From positions 13,231 through 77,230 of the forward strand of contig JACPLT010000001.1 of assembly GCA_016186365.1 (NCBI GenBank): a stretch of 64,000 nt of DNA. Reading direction: 5' to 3'. The notes under the pieces were generated by a model that was given only the letters and a program-made list of their open reading frames with translations, did no database searches and had not been told where the DNA came from. Below are positions 19,601-28,327 of this stretch, one piece after another. The position numbers and the translations under genes were made by a program. The stretch's first letter is position 1; each line of letters opens with the position of its first letter. Source of the DNA: Candidatus Pacearchaeota archaeon (GTDB lineage Archaea; Nanobdellota; Nanobdellia; Pacearchaeales; GW2011-AR1).

Positions 19601-22600
19601 AAAAAAGTTATATTATGCGCACCTTCTGCCAATGTCAAAGTTTTATTCCAATTTGTTGTTGAAATATTTCCAAGATTATAAATGGTATTTGAATTATTTG
19701 AATATCCTGCCCAACTTAATGCCTCACCTGTTGTTATATTTAATAAAACAGAAGCAGAAGTATAATAAGTGCTATTTATCGGGCTTCTTATTGTTATTGT
19801 TGGAGGAGTAATATCATTAACACTTGTGTCAACTACAAAATTAATAGTATTAGTTCCAAGGTTTCCAGAACTATCAACACCATAAAGGATTAAAGTTTTG
19901 CTTCCATCACTAAAACTAAGTGTTTTGCTCCAGCTTTTCTCGGTTCCTATCAAACTAACATTTGTAACTCCTCCATCGAGTGAATAATTAGCACTTGTTA
20001 AATTTTCATTTGTTGTAATACTTAATAAAATAGAATTTGTTGAATAACTCTGGTTTAATGGAGAATTTATGCTAATAACTGGAGGAGTAACATCATTTAC
20101 AGTAAATGTTGTAGATGTTGAATTTTCATTTAAAGCAGCATCTTTTGCATAAAAAATACAAGCATATCCTCCTTTTTGTACATTAGTCATTGTATAATTT
20201 GCATATCCAGCAGAGTATAAATCAATAGTATGATTAACAAAAGTTCCAGAAGAATTTTCAGCTATTTTTACAGAACCCAAAGCAAAAGTATCATTAACAT
20301 AAGCATTGCAAACAACACTTTGAGTTTCATTTGCAACAGAAGGGCTTGCACTTACATTCAAAAATCTTGGAGCAATTGTATCAACATAAAAAGTTATTGT
20401 AGTGTTCCCTTGATTATTACTAGTATCATTTGCATAAATAATCAAATTATTTGTTGACTCTGTTCCAAGTGAAGAAAGAGTAACATTCCAATTTCTAGTT
20501 GAAGAATTTGACATATTAGTTAAACTTCCAGAATTTAATTTATATCCTGCCCAGACTGTATTTTCATTTGTTGTTATATTTAATCCAACAGTTGTTGAAG
20601 TTTTATAAGATGCATTTGTAATTGTATCAATAGTTATTACAGGAGGAATTGTATCTCCTAATGCAGTATTTACTGAAAAATAAACTCTGGATGAATTTCC
20701 AATATTATTGCTAGAATCATTTGCATAAAAAATAATATTATGACTTCCTTCAGATAAACTTGTCAAGCTTGCATTCCAACTAGTTGAACTAGTATTTCCC
20801 ATACTAACATTTACAGCACTGTCTAATGAATACCAAGTAGAACCTGCAGCTTCAGAGGTTAAAATTGAAATACTGATGTTATCTGTATTGTAAGTTGAAT
20901 TTAAAGGACTAATAATAGTCAAAGTAGGAGAAATTACATCATTTATATTAAATGAAACATTTGTTGAATTTAAATTTCCAACAATATCAGTTGCATAAAA
21001 AATACAATTATAAGTCCCTTTATTTGCAAGTTTTGTTCCTAAAATCAAATAACTTGCAGTTCCAGATGTTCCTGAAAAACTAATTGTATGATTTTCATAG
21101 CTTCCTAAAGAATTTTCTCCAATAATAACACTTGTAATATTAAATCCATCTGTCCAATTAATAGAACATGTTACACTTTGAGATTGATTTGCAGAACTTG
21201 GGCTTGCCCCCGCATTTGAATATCTTGGAGCAAGAGTATCAGCATAAAAAATAATTGTTTTATTATTTTGATTGTTTGATGTGTCATTTACATAAATAGT
21301 TAAATTATTTGTAGATTCTTGAGATAGGCTTAAAGTTGCATACCAATTTGTTGTTGAAGAATTAGTTAAATTTGTTAATGCTCCTGAATTTAATTTATAT
21401 CCTGCCCAACTCAGTGCTTCATCAGTTGTTATATTAAGAAGGGGAGATAATGAATTATAACTTGCATTTGCAGGAGTTAATATTGTAATTGCAGGAGGTG
21501 TTGTATCTGCAGGGGATACAATTGTAAAATATCTAATAGAAGAACTTCCTAAATTATCAAAACTATCATTTGCATAAAAAGTTATATTATGATTTCCAAT
21601 TAATAATCCTGAAATAACTGCTGTCCATTGTTTAGAAGATACATTTGAGAGTGTTACATTTGTAGTAGAATTGCTATCAAGATTATACCATGCACTTGAT
21701 GCAGCTTCAGAAGTTACAATCTCAGTTGTTACAGATGTTTGAGTATAATTTGTGTTTTCTGGGCTAATTATTGTTATACTTGGAGCAGTTGAATCTGTTA
21801 TATAACTTCCTGTTAACGGATTTGCAGATGCAGCCTCTCCAAGAGAATCAAATAAATAAGCATACCAGGTATGTGTTGCAGAATCTATTTCAGAGGCAAA
21901 TCCGCATGATAGATTAACAGTTGCAGTTGCAGAACAATATTGAGTTCCAGTACATCCAGAAGAATTTGCTCCAGAACTGCTGCAAACATATAATTTTAAT
22001 GTCTGAGAATCTGCATCAGAAGAAACACTATTTATTGTTACGGTTGTTCCTCCAAGAATAGTTACAGCATTATCACTTGCTGAAGTTAAAACAGGAAGTT
22101 GATTTAGGTTTATGGTTTTATTTACAATAGTCTGACTATTTCCAACAAAGTCCTGAGAATAATATCTCAGATAATTAACTCCTCTGGTTGTTAAAACTAT
22201 TTGTCCCCCATTATCAATTGAAGTTGTTGGATTGCAGCCCTGACTTGTTGAACTGCAATAATAAGATTTAGGATCAGAATCTACACTATCAGCTTCCGAA
22301 ATAGTAACAGCATAATTTGGTAATTGAATACTTGAAACAGAATTATCACTAGTTGTAGGAGCAGTATAATCTAAATAAAATGAAACATCTAAATTATTAG
22401 AAGCTGTTTGTCCAACTCCCAATGCATTCTGACAAGAAACATATCTTGTTGCAAATCCTTGCGAAGCAACATTATTTACAGAACAATTTGCCTGAGTGTT
22501 AACAACAGGACAAGTATTAGACATAGAAGAATAAGCTAAATCAGAAGAACTCCACCTACAACTCATTCCAGATTCTCCAGAAACAATTATTTCAGTTAAA

Positions 22601-23883
22601 GCATCATTTACAGTATCATAATAACTTGGAGTTGTGTCTCCTGCTACACTTACAATAGAAGTAGTTAAAGTATCTGCGTTTACAGTATAATTAACCTGAA
22701 CAGTAGAAGAATAAGAATTTCCATCATAAACTCGGCAATATTTTGTATAGTTCCCATTTCCACTTTGAGAAGTAAACCCACAAGTTAGAGTATAAGGGGC
22801 TGCTGAAGAAGTTGTCCCTCCAGTACATTTTGTATTTACTGAATCAGGTAATGAAGAATCATCACAATAAAAATAAAGAGTTGCTTGCTCAGTATCACTA
22901 ACGTTATTAGAAGAATTAGCATAAATTGTTATTGCTGTTGAGCCTGCAACAGGATTTGGAAGAATAGTTGCATTAGATATTGCTGGAGGAAAATTAACAT
23001 TAAATGTAACAGAAGAAGAATTTAAATTTCCATAACTATCATTTGCCCAAACTTTAAGAGTATTGCTACCCGAACTAATATTATTTCCAAGAGAAACATT
23101 TGTATTGCAAGTAAAAGTTCTATTAGTTGTCCCAGAATTATTTGACCACCAACAAGCTTGTAAGTTTGTATCAGATATACTGGTGTTTAATGTAAGGGGA
23201 AGACTTGTATAAGTTATATTAGCAGGATAAACTATACTAATTACAGGAGCAACATTATCTACCGTATAGGTAACATTAAAATACAAGTCATCTGCAGTCA
23301 AAGTCTTAGCACCGCCAGTAGTAGAAATGACTTGCAGATAAGCTAGAGCTTTAGTGCCTGAAGAACCAAAAAAGCTATTACAAGTCCAGGATTCTAAAGC
23401 AGTTACATCTGTACAAATTTCTCCAGGATTAGCGCCTGTTCCAGGACAAGTTGCAGAAGCAGTAGTATATGAGGTTCCACCATCAGCATCAACTTTTACA
23501 GTGCAAGTCCCAATCGAAGCAGAAGAAGACCACCATTCATAACATAATTTTACATTTGTAATTCCACCGCAACTTGTTGTACTACTATTATAATTTTGAG
23601 TCCTTATTCCCATATACTGATTATTTCCTGAAACAGTTGCTGTCTGCGTAACTGCATTGTTAGTATCTATACTAGTAGTCGTACATGCACTAGTAAATGT
23701 TTCAGAAGTTGTCTGAGCAACTTCAGTATTACATGCCTGAGAAACTAGAACCGTATTGGGTGAATTTGCACCCGGAAAGGCATAAGTAGCCAAAACAATT
23801 CCAATCATTAATAAAATAATTAATATACTAAGAAAGAATTTTAATCTTACATCAGCTTTTTTATTCTTTAAAAGATTCATCAT
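16663..23883 (-). CDS. giant surface protein (2406 aa): signal anchor, Ser/Thr/Asn-rich ectodomain with tandem repeats, poly-Gly hinge, TM, roughly 290-aa cytoplasmic coiled-coil tail
   Basis: Dozens of N-x-S/T sequons and tandem repeat units of about 130 aa (for example TPPAITILTPANASYNSLSPLLNITTDEALSWAGYKLNSG... and IPPVITIDTITNASYKTSTTVGLNITTNENTVWAGYKLNSG...). Also TGGGGGGGGTAGAGG (about 18185-18240), a TM (GLFLYLYWHFVLIGFVLLTMFGIF) and a charged heptad-like tail. Confidence 0.8.
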   Translation of the reverse strand: MMNLLKNKKADVRLKFFLSILIILLMIGIVLATYAFPGANSPNTVLVSQACNTEVAQTTSETFTSACTTTSIDTNNAVTQTATVSGNNQYMGIRTQNYNSSTTSCGGITNVKLCYEWWSSSASIGTCTVKVDADGGTSYTTASATCPGTGANPGEICTDVTALESWTCNSFFGSSGTKALAYLQVISTTGGAKTLTADDLYFNVTYTVDNVAPVISIVYPANITYTSLPLTLNTSISDTNLQACWWSNNSGTTNRTFTCNTNVSLGNNISSGSNTLKVWANDSYGNLNSSSVTFNVNFPPAISNATILPNPVAGSTAITIYANSSNNVSDTEQATLYFYCDDSSLPDSVNTKCTGGTTSSAAPYTLTCGFTSQSGNGNYTKYCRVYDGNSYSSTVQVNYTVNADTLTTSIVSVAGDTTPSYYDTVNDALTEIIVSGESGMSCRWSSSDLAYSSMSNTCPVVNTQANCSVNNVASQGFATRYVSCQNALGVGQTASNNLDVSFYLDYTAPTTSDNSVSSIQLPNYAVTISEADSVDSDPKSYYCSSTSQGCNPTTSIDNGGQIVLTTRGVNYLRYYSQDFVGNSQTIVNKTINLNQLPVLTSASDNAVTILGGTTVTINSVSSDADSQTLKLYVCSSSGANSSGCTGTQYCSATATVNLSCGFASEIDSATHTWYAYLFDSLGEAASANPLTGSYITDSTAPSITIISPENTNYTQTSVTTEIVTSEAASSAWYNLDSNSTTNVTLSNVSSKQWTAVISGLLIGNHNITFYANDSFDNLGSSSIRYFTIVSPADTTPPAITILTPANASYNSLSPLLNITTDEALSWAGYKLNSGALTNLTNSSTTNWYATLSLSQESTNNLTIYVNDTSNNQNNKTIIFYADTLAPRYSNAGASPSSANQSQSVTCSINWTDGFNITSVIIGENSLGSYENHTISFSGTSGTASYLILGTKLANKGTYNCIFYATDIVGNLNSTNVSFNINDVISPTLTIISPLNSTYNTDNISISILTSEAAGSTWYSLDSAVNVSMGNTSSTSWNASLTSLSEGSHNIIFYANDSSNNIGNSSRVYFSVNTALGDTIPPVITIDTITNASYKTSTTVGLNITTNENTVWAGYKLNSGSLTNMSNSSTRNWNVTLSSLGTESTNNLIIYANDTSNNQGNTTITFYVDTIAPRFLNVSASPSVANETQSVVCNAYVNDTFALGSVKIAENSSGTFVNHTIDLYSAGYANYTMTNVQKGGYACIFYAKDAALNENSTSTTFTVNDVTPPVISINSPLNQSYSTNSILLSITTNENLTSANYSLDGGVTNVSLIGTEKSWSKTLSFSDGSKTLILYGVDSSGNLGTNTINFVVDTSVNDITPPTITIRSPINSTYYTSASVLLNITTGEALSWAGYSNNSNTIYNLGNISTTNWNKTLTLAEGAHNITFFANDSSTNKNQANKSTIIYVDLNNPSVNSFTCTNPVNNSQDVNCSASVSDAVGLSYAIIGYNATGTWQNSSQISLSGTSSSLSYIIAAGNTTMPGFNSQIYLYDSSGRGNLTTSYNINITDDSFPQIYNISYTPNTTAELDPGVTVNISADIVEDYQISNVKLMYKNSSAISWTSLSMSNTTLTNYNASITLGNETWYFKINATDSAGNSNISSNYTLVVENDTRFYNSTTIPDIKSYTLAQETNNNPLGLLYLNNTGDTPLNFSIVLSSTSLNGKLSINYTGNSSMNYSVSSGNAINISVEVNSVSLPTGLYDYSITINSNAGTQAYSKQVYIQTAAGPYLVASIDTYSSSVTRGQSGVELVASVKNLGTSDATGVVLNWSLPSEFSLSNGNYTRNIGNLPIGVSSTNSLVIGVLSSVSSNTVNITAMSNSNENSTSNATKQINILDPLIVTITTPGTGGGGGGGGTAGAGGESIVYSKTIEIVRGEQDSFEIEINNKYFNSSLEDLTMTLDGFPSQYVDISPSKIDRINSKETKKFTVKLKIPSYKEGYEEHTLKAVISGYKVDGTGKISYTETQNIKLIIQEVSKEKSNLSLAEAEKAILEMTNSGFNTDEVNKLLEQAKNKLSENRNKEAQVLSEKIISIKDKAVGVDKLINKILEALKDPRKTNLLTGNVAKDIVDENGDNVSINSMLTGKVIFSGDSAESVLNMAIAAFKRGDYATAEERAKSSQVLLLLERKGNFGLFLYLYWHFVLIGFVLLTMFGIFSYKTYQKSAITGKIQDIDKEEDNIRGLILSAQRNYFSGKISVGEYHRVMSQHQNKLAKIKQERLNLRNKRIKMLKPQQILQDLVIERIQVENEIKKVQEQFYRDRKISESEYNTEFKILNERLAEIEGERITFEMLKKNESGKIQFENTNKELERAVIKSEKEFKKQGRVRIFFLKIIGFIKYPFYNFSKMRENKRAREEAKIREKIKRMNIL

Positions 23884-24281
23884 TTTCTCCCCCCTTTCTT
23901 TAAATCTGATTTCAAAAGTTCTTCTAAATATTCAGAAATATCTTTTCCTATTTGAATAGAATGTATCTTAACTTCTTTCCACAACTCTTCATCTATCTTT
24001 AAACTAGTTGTTTTTCTAACCATGAATTCCTCTTTTTTAATATTATAATATAAAAAGTAGTATTTAAATCTTTATTTATAGTATTTTATAATTATATAAT
24101 ACTATAATACCAATAAACAATATAAAGATTATTCCCTTTCTTTTTTTGTTAATTTTCAAAACCATTTCTAACAGCAAAAAGAATTCCTTAAAATATTGTT
24201 GATACAATTTAAGTGACAGTTGTTTTTCCAATAATAGACTCGCTAATTAATCTTCTTTGGAAAGCATGTTGCAAAAAAATT

Positions 24282-24485
24282 TTATTTTTGAGCAACTATT
24301 TGAACTACTGGATTTTCAAATCTTTTCTTATCTTCACCAATAAATAAAGTCATAGCACGTTGTTTTCTATATAAATCTCTTTTTAAGTTGTGAAGTTCTG
24401 CTTTTTTCTTTTCAAACTGATTCTTCAACGCCTTGATTTCAGCTTTCATAGCATTTACTATTTCGTTTTCCATTTTGAACAACAC
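24282..24485 (-). CDS. small coiled-coil protein (67 aa)
   Basis: Heptad-like charged sequence. Overlaps the upstream gene. Confidence 0.35.
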   Translation of the reverse strand: MLFKMENEIVNAMKAEIKALKNQFEKKKAELHNLKRDLYRKQRAMTLFIGEDKKRFENPVVQIVAQK

Positions 24486-24897
24486 CTCCTTTCATTAATT
24501 TTGAACATTCTAATTTCTTTTCAATAATTATTTTGTTTAATCCATATGTAACAACCACTTTTTCACCAATATCAAAATTGAATTTTTGAAGAATAAGGTT
24601 ATTTAATCTTATCATGGGTTTTCCATATAATTCATAAATTTTATATGTTTTTTTAAGTTCATTTATAGGTTCTCTTATATTCTTATATTTATTTTCATAG
24701 TTATTACCAAAAATCCTCAATTTTTTCTTAATAGTCAAAACCTCTTTTTCTAAGAAATCAGACCAACATTTTCTAGAACAAAAACACCTTTCCTCTGGAT
24801 AAATTAAATCATTTGAATGAATTGTATAACAACAGAATGACTTAAACACATTTTCTATCCGCTTTTTGCAGGTAAAGCAAAAAACAGGTTCAGCCAT
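24439..24897 (-). CDS. Cys-rich (zinc-ribbon-like) protein with C-terminal AbrB/SpoVT-like swapped-hairpin domain
   Basis: CFTCKK...CCYTIH...CFCSRKC, then GKPMIRLNNLILQKFNFDIGEKVVVTYGLNKIIIEK. Confidence 0.4.
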   Translation of the reverse strand: MAEPVFCFTCKKRIENVFKSFCCYTIHSNDLIYPEERCFCSRKCWSDFLEKEVLTIKKKLRIFGNNYENKYKNIREPINELKKTYKIYELYGKPMIRLNNLILQKFNFDIGEKVVVTYGLNKIIIEKKLECSKLMKGGVVQNGKRNSKCYES

Positions 24898-25333
24898 CTA
24901 AGATACCTCCTTTAGAAACTGATAGAAATGGGTGTTTTTCCTTATATCTAATAGAATCATCAATAATCATATGTTTCTTGAAATAATTTAAATCTAGACG
25001 TATTTCTCCAGGTTCTAGCCCATTAGGATAACCCACAGTCAAAGGTGGATCTGACAATAATCGGATTGTGTAAGTTATTTTATAGAAGTCGTTGTTAATT
25101 CTGAAGTTTCCAGTTGCTTTATAAAATTCATATTTTAAATTAATGATTTTTAATAGTTCTTTCAAATCATTTTCTATTTTAGAAATAACCTTATTATAAT
25201 CTTGTTTTTTATCCCCTTTTATTGCCATTAAAAATAAGATTACCGACGATATATAAACATTGTCATACTCTAGTAAATATAATAAATTATATTTTCCTTC
25301 GATAAAAGTAATATAATTAATTATATTTTGCAA
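24890..25333 (-). CDS. hypothetical protein (147 aa)
   Basis: ORF overlapping the downstream gene by 8 nt. No motif. Confidence 0.35.
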   Translation of the reverse strand: MQNIINYITFIEGKYNLLYLLEYDNVYISSVILFLMAIKGDKKQDYNKVISKIENDLKELLKIINLKYEFYKATGNFRINNDFYKITYTIRLLSDPPLTVGYPNGLEPGEIRLDLNYFKKHMIIDDSIRYKEKHPFLSVSKGGILDG

Positions 25334-25403
25334 TAAAAAATGTAAGAAAAATATAATTTGTTAGATTTTATCGTAGATAAGGGTTAGCTATATTCCACAT
25401 TTC

Positions 25404-25715
25404 CTAGCGGTATTCTCGCCATGTATGCTTGCACTTTGTGCATTTGAAGAAGCGAGTTTCTGCCTCGTCGGCAGCTCTTGTTTGAGAGCTCCAGAAATAA
25501 GCTTCGCCATTCTTGCATTTTGGGCAGGTCGCGGTTATTTTTGGCATGACATCTGTCTCTTTTTCTTTTAGAATATTAATTTCTTCTTTTTTTGATTTAA
25601 CCTGCTCGTTTGATTCAATCTTTACTTTTCCTTTGGCAGAATAACTGCATCTTGGACAGCCATAATTTTTACTCTTTTCAACTAAAACAGCTCCACACTT
25701 TGGGCAAAATTCCAT
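25404..25715 (-). CDS. tfs: transcription factor S / RNA polymerase subunit M (TFIIS-type zinc ribbon)
   Basis: N-terminal CPKCGA...CPRC zinc ribbon. C-terminal TFIIS-type ribbon CPKC...SQTRAADEAETRFFKCTKCKHTWRE carrying the acidic hairpin. Confidence 0.85.
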   Translation of the reverse strand: MEFCPKCGAVLVEKSKNYGCPRCSYSAKGKVKIESNEQVKSKKEEINILKEKETDVMPKITATCPKCKNGEAYFWSSQTRAADEAETRFFKCTKCKHTWREYR

Positions 25716-25752
25716 TTTATCTCTTGTTAATATATACTTTTAAATGTTCCTA

Positions 25753-26367
25753 TCAACTAAAATATTGTATAATCTTCACAAATACTAATTTTATCCAGCC
25801 AAGTTTTGGAAGCCGCAGATAGGCTTTTCCTATTATAGCAGACTCTTGAATTTCTTTTTCAATTTGAAGCTGGCCTGAATTATTGTCTCCTTTTGTGGAG
25901 TATACTTTTTTGCCATCCTGTTCTTTTATTTCTATAATTCTATGTATTATTGGGTGGGACTGGCCCGCATTAAATATTATTATATCTCCTACTTTTAAGT
26001 TGGAAGCTCTTACCACTAAAATGATGTCCCCAATTTCTATTCCTGTCTTTAGGGGCCAATTGATTGCTTGCTCTTTAGTTATTCCTATGTTTGTATACCA
26101 AATTTCGGATTGAACCCACCATTTGTCAAAGTTTGATTCTAAAACCAGCAGGTTCCCTAAAAAACTTCCGGGGTGATGCATGCTTCCGGATTCTACTACA
26201 ACTAAAGGCATTGCCGAGCCAAATATTAATGATAATAGGGGGAAGAAAATAAATTTGACTATAATAAATGCGAGGATAATGCTGACTATCCAGGAGAGAA
26301 GAGAGTCATCTTTCCATAAGAAGTTCCAGGTTTTTTTTGCTGCCTCTTTTATTTCTTTCCAGTTCAT
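25753..26367 (-). CDS. signal peptidase I, archaeal/Sec11 type
   Basis: N-terminal TM anchor, catalytic Ser box VVVESGSMHHPG, and a later His-containing region (SHPIIHRIIE). Confidence 0.75.
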   Translation of the reverse strand: MNWKEIKEAAKKTWNFLWKDDSLLSWIVSIILAFIIVKFIFFPLLSLIFGSAMPLVVVESGSMHHPGSFLGNLLVLESNFDKWWVQSEIWYTNIGITKEQAINWPLKTGIEIGDIILVVRASNLKVGDIIIFNAGQSHPIIHRIIEIKEQDGKKVYSTKGDNNSGQLQIEKEIQESAIIGKAYLRLPKLGWIKLVFVKIIQYFS

Positions 26368-26478
26368 ATTTATTAAAGAGAATTTTGGTTTATAAATTTA
26401 GGGGGTATAGAAAAAAATTGTTTAGTAGAAAGAGAGGGGATTAATAAAGTTTATAAGCTGCATAATCTAGACTGAAAA

Positions 26479-27000
26479 ATGATTCAGCTGCCGTTAGCTT
26501 TGCTTGTTCAGTCAGATATAAAAGTAAGAAATATTGAAAATACGGATTGGGCAAGAGTTACAGGCTTTCATTACCATCTTTATTCTGATATATATACTGA
26601 ATTAGACCTGGAAGGCAAGGATAGACATATTGTTTCTCATAATCAAATGCTGATGAAAGCAGTAAATAAAAAATGGGGGTTTGTTGCAGATGTTTCTGGA
26701 ATTTCTCAGGGATATGCTCTTTTTGAGTTAACTGAAAGAAGAGTTCATGTTCGCGAAGTTTATGTTTCTCCAGAATTTAGAAGAATAGGGATTGGGAAAA
26801 GATTAATGAAATCAATAGGATTAAATGCAAATTATTATCCCTGCGATATTCTTCTTGAGCTGCCTGGAAGAGATATTCCTGAATTTGAGAAAGCCAGGAA
26901 ATTTTATGAAAGTTTAGGAATGACATTTATAAGCGGCAATAAAGAAAGATGCGATAGAATGATTTTAAAAGCAGAAAATTTGCATAAGCTGATTCATTAA
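26479..27000 (+). CDS. GNAT-family N-acetyltransferase
   Basis: Motif A VHVREVYVSPEFRRIGIGKRLM. Confidence 0.55.
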   Translation: MIQLPLALLVQSDIKVRNIENTDWARVTGFHYHLYSDIYTELDLEGKDRHIVSHNQMLMKAVNKKWGFVADVSGISQGYALFELTERRVHVREVYVSPEFRRIGIGKRLMKSIGLNANYYPCDILLELPGRDIPEFEKARKFYESLGMTFISGNKERCDRMILKAENLHKLIH

Positions 27001-27065
27001 ATATATTCTAAAATATCGAAAGATTTATAAATATACATATCTTGTATACACCTAGATGTATACAC

Positions 27066-27089
27066 ATCTCCTTTCCTGTCTCGTCGTGA
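27066..27089 (+). terminator. 10-bp-stem hairpin (ctgtctcgtc gtga gacgagacag) downstream of the GNAT gene
   Basis: Perfect inverted repeat seen in the sequence. GC-richer than its surroundings. Confidence 0.35.
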
Positions 27090-27252
27090 GACGAGACAGT
27101 TTATGCTAAATGAAACTTAAAAATTCAAAAACAAATAAAATTTTTAAGATCTTGGAGATCTCAGAATCTTTGGATTCTGACGACTATCAAAGTTCCGAGA
27201 ACTTTGAAGTTTTTGAATCCCCAAGCTTTTAAATTCCTGATGGAGATTTAAA

Positions 27253-27600
27253 ATGGAAGACTTATTTGAAAATACTGTATTATGCAAGAATTGCCAGACT
27301 AAGATGAAACAGGCAAAGATAATCAGAAGTGGATTTGAGTTAAGAGCATTAGTCTGTGATAAATGCGAGAATAAAATTGTTCATCCTCAAGATGAAGCGG
27401 AATATAACCAATTTTTGAACTTGAGAAATAAAGAGTTCAGAGTTAAATTAAGACTTGTTGGAAACAGCTATGCTGTTTCTATTCCTAAAGAGGTGGTGGA
27501 TTTTATGAAAGAACAGGAAAAGATGTTTGATGATATGGTAAGATTATGTTTTCATGACGCTAAAAGAATAAATTTAATGTTTGGAGAGGAACATGAGTAA
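27253..27600 (+). CDS. zinc-ribbon + AbrB/SpoVT-like domain protein
   Basis: CKNCQ...CDKCEN, then RVKLRLVGNSYAVSIPKEVVDFM. Confidence 0.45.
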   Translation: MEDLFENTVLCKNCQTKMKQAKIIRSGFELRALVCDKCENKIVHPQDEAEYNQFLNLRNKEFRVKLRLVGNSYAVSIPKEVVDFMKEQEKMFDDMVRLCFHDAKRINLMFGEEHE

Positions 27601-28180
27601 AGAATTACCCATAACAAGAGAAGAATCTATAATATTGTTAAAAAGTATGCCTCAAGAGCAGTCTGATTGGAATCATTATTTAGAAACAGAAGCTATAATG
27701 AGAAAATTAGCTGAAAAATTAGGGGAAGATATTGAATATTGGGGAATGATAGGGTTATTGCATGATATTGATTGGGCATTAACTAAAAGTAATTGGCAAG
27801 AGCATTGTATTAAGGCTGTAGAGATATTAAAAGAAAAAGGGTTTGATGAAAAGTTTATAAAAATAATACAAAGCCATGGGTATGGATATAAAGAAATTCC
27901 GGCTTTGATGGATAAGAAAAGAACTGAAAAAATTGAGTATGCTTTAATTTCTGCAGAGACTTTGACAGGAATAATTTATGCTTATGCTTTGATGAGGGGA
28001 AAAATCAGCGATATGGATGTTTCGGGGCTTAGAAAGAAATTTAAAGACAAAAGATTTGCTGAAAATTGCAATAGAGAACTAGTAAAAGAAATAGAGAAAG
28101 CAGGAATAACTTTAGATGAATTATTTGAATTATCGATTAATGCTATGAATGAAATTAAACAGAAGATTGGGTTGAGTTAA
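27581..28180 (+). CDS. HD-domain phosphohydrolase (HDIG-like)
   Basis: H...GLLHDIDW motif with downstream His/Asp. Size typical of stand-alone HD hydrolases. Confidence 0.6.
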   Translation: MERNMSKELPITREESIILLKSMPQEQSDWNHYLETEAIMRKLAEKLGEDIEYWGMIGLLHDIDWALTKSNWQEHCIKAVEILKEKGFDEKFIKIIQSHGYGYKEIPALMDKKRTEKIEYALISAETLTGIIYAYALMRGKISDMDVSGLRKKFKDKRFAENCNRELVKEIEKAGITLDELFELSINAMNEIKQKIGLS

Positions 28181-28327
28181 AGATGTTATTTAAATTTTCA
28201 AACAGGTTTGAGAGAGAAAATTTAATACTAAGAAGTTTTTATAACTTCGAGGTGTTCGAAAATCAGAGATTTTCGACATCCAGAAAATTAAAATTTTCTG
28301 GCTCTCAAAAACCGGGGGTTTATTGAG

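Noticed and set aside
17474-23542. Several 60-126-aa plus-strand ORFs inside the giant gene
   Set aside because: Antisense to the 2406-aa ORF, whose repeat structure and composition make the minus-strand gene clearly the real one.
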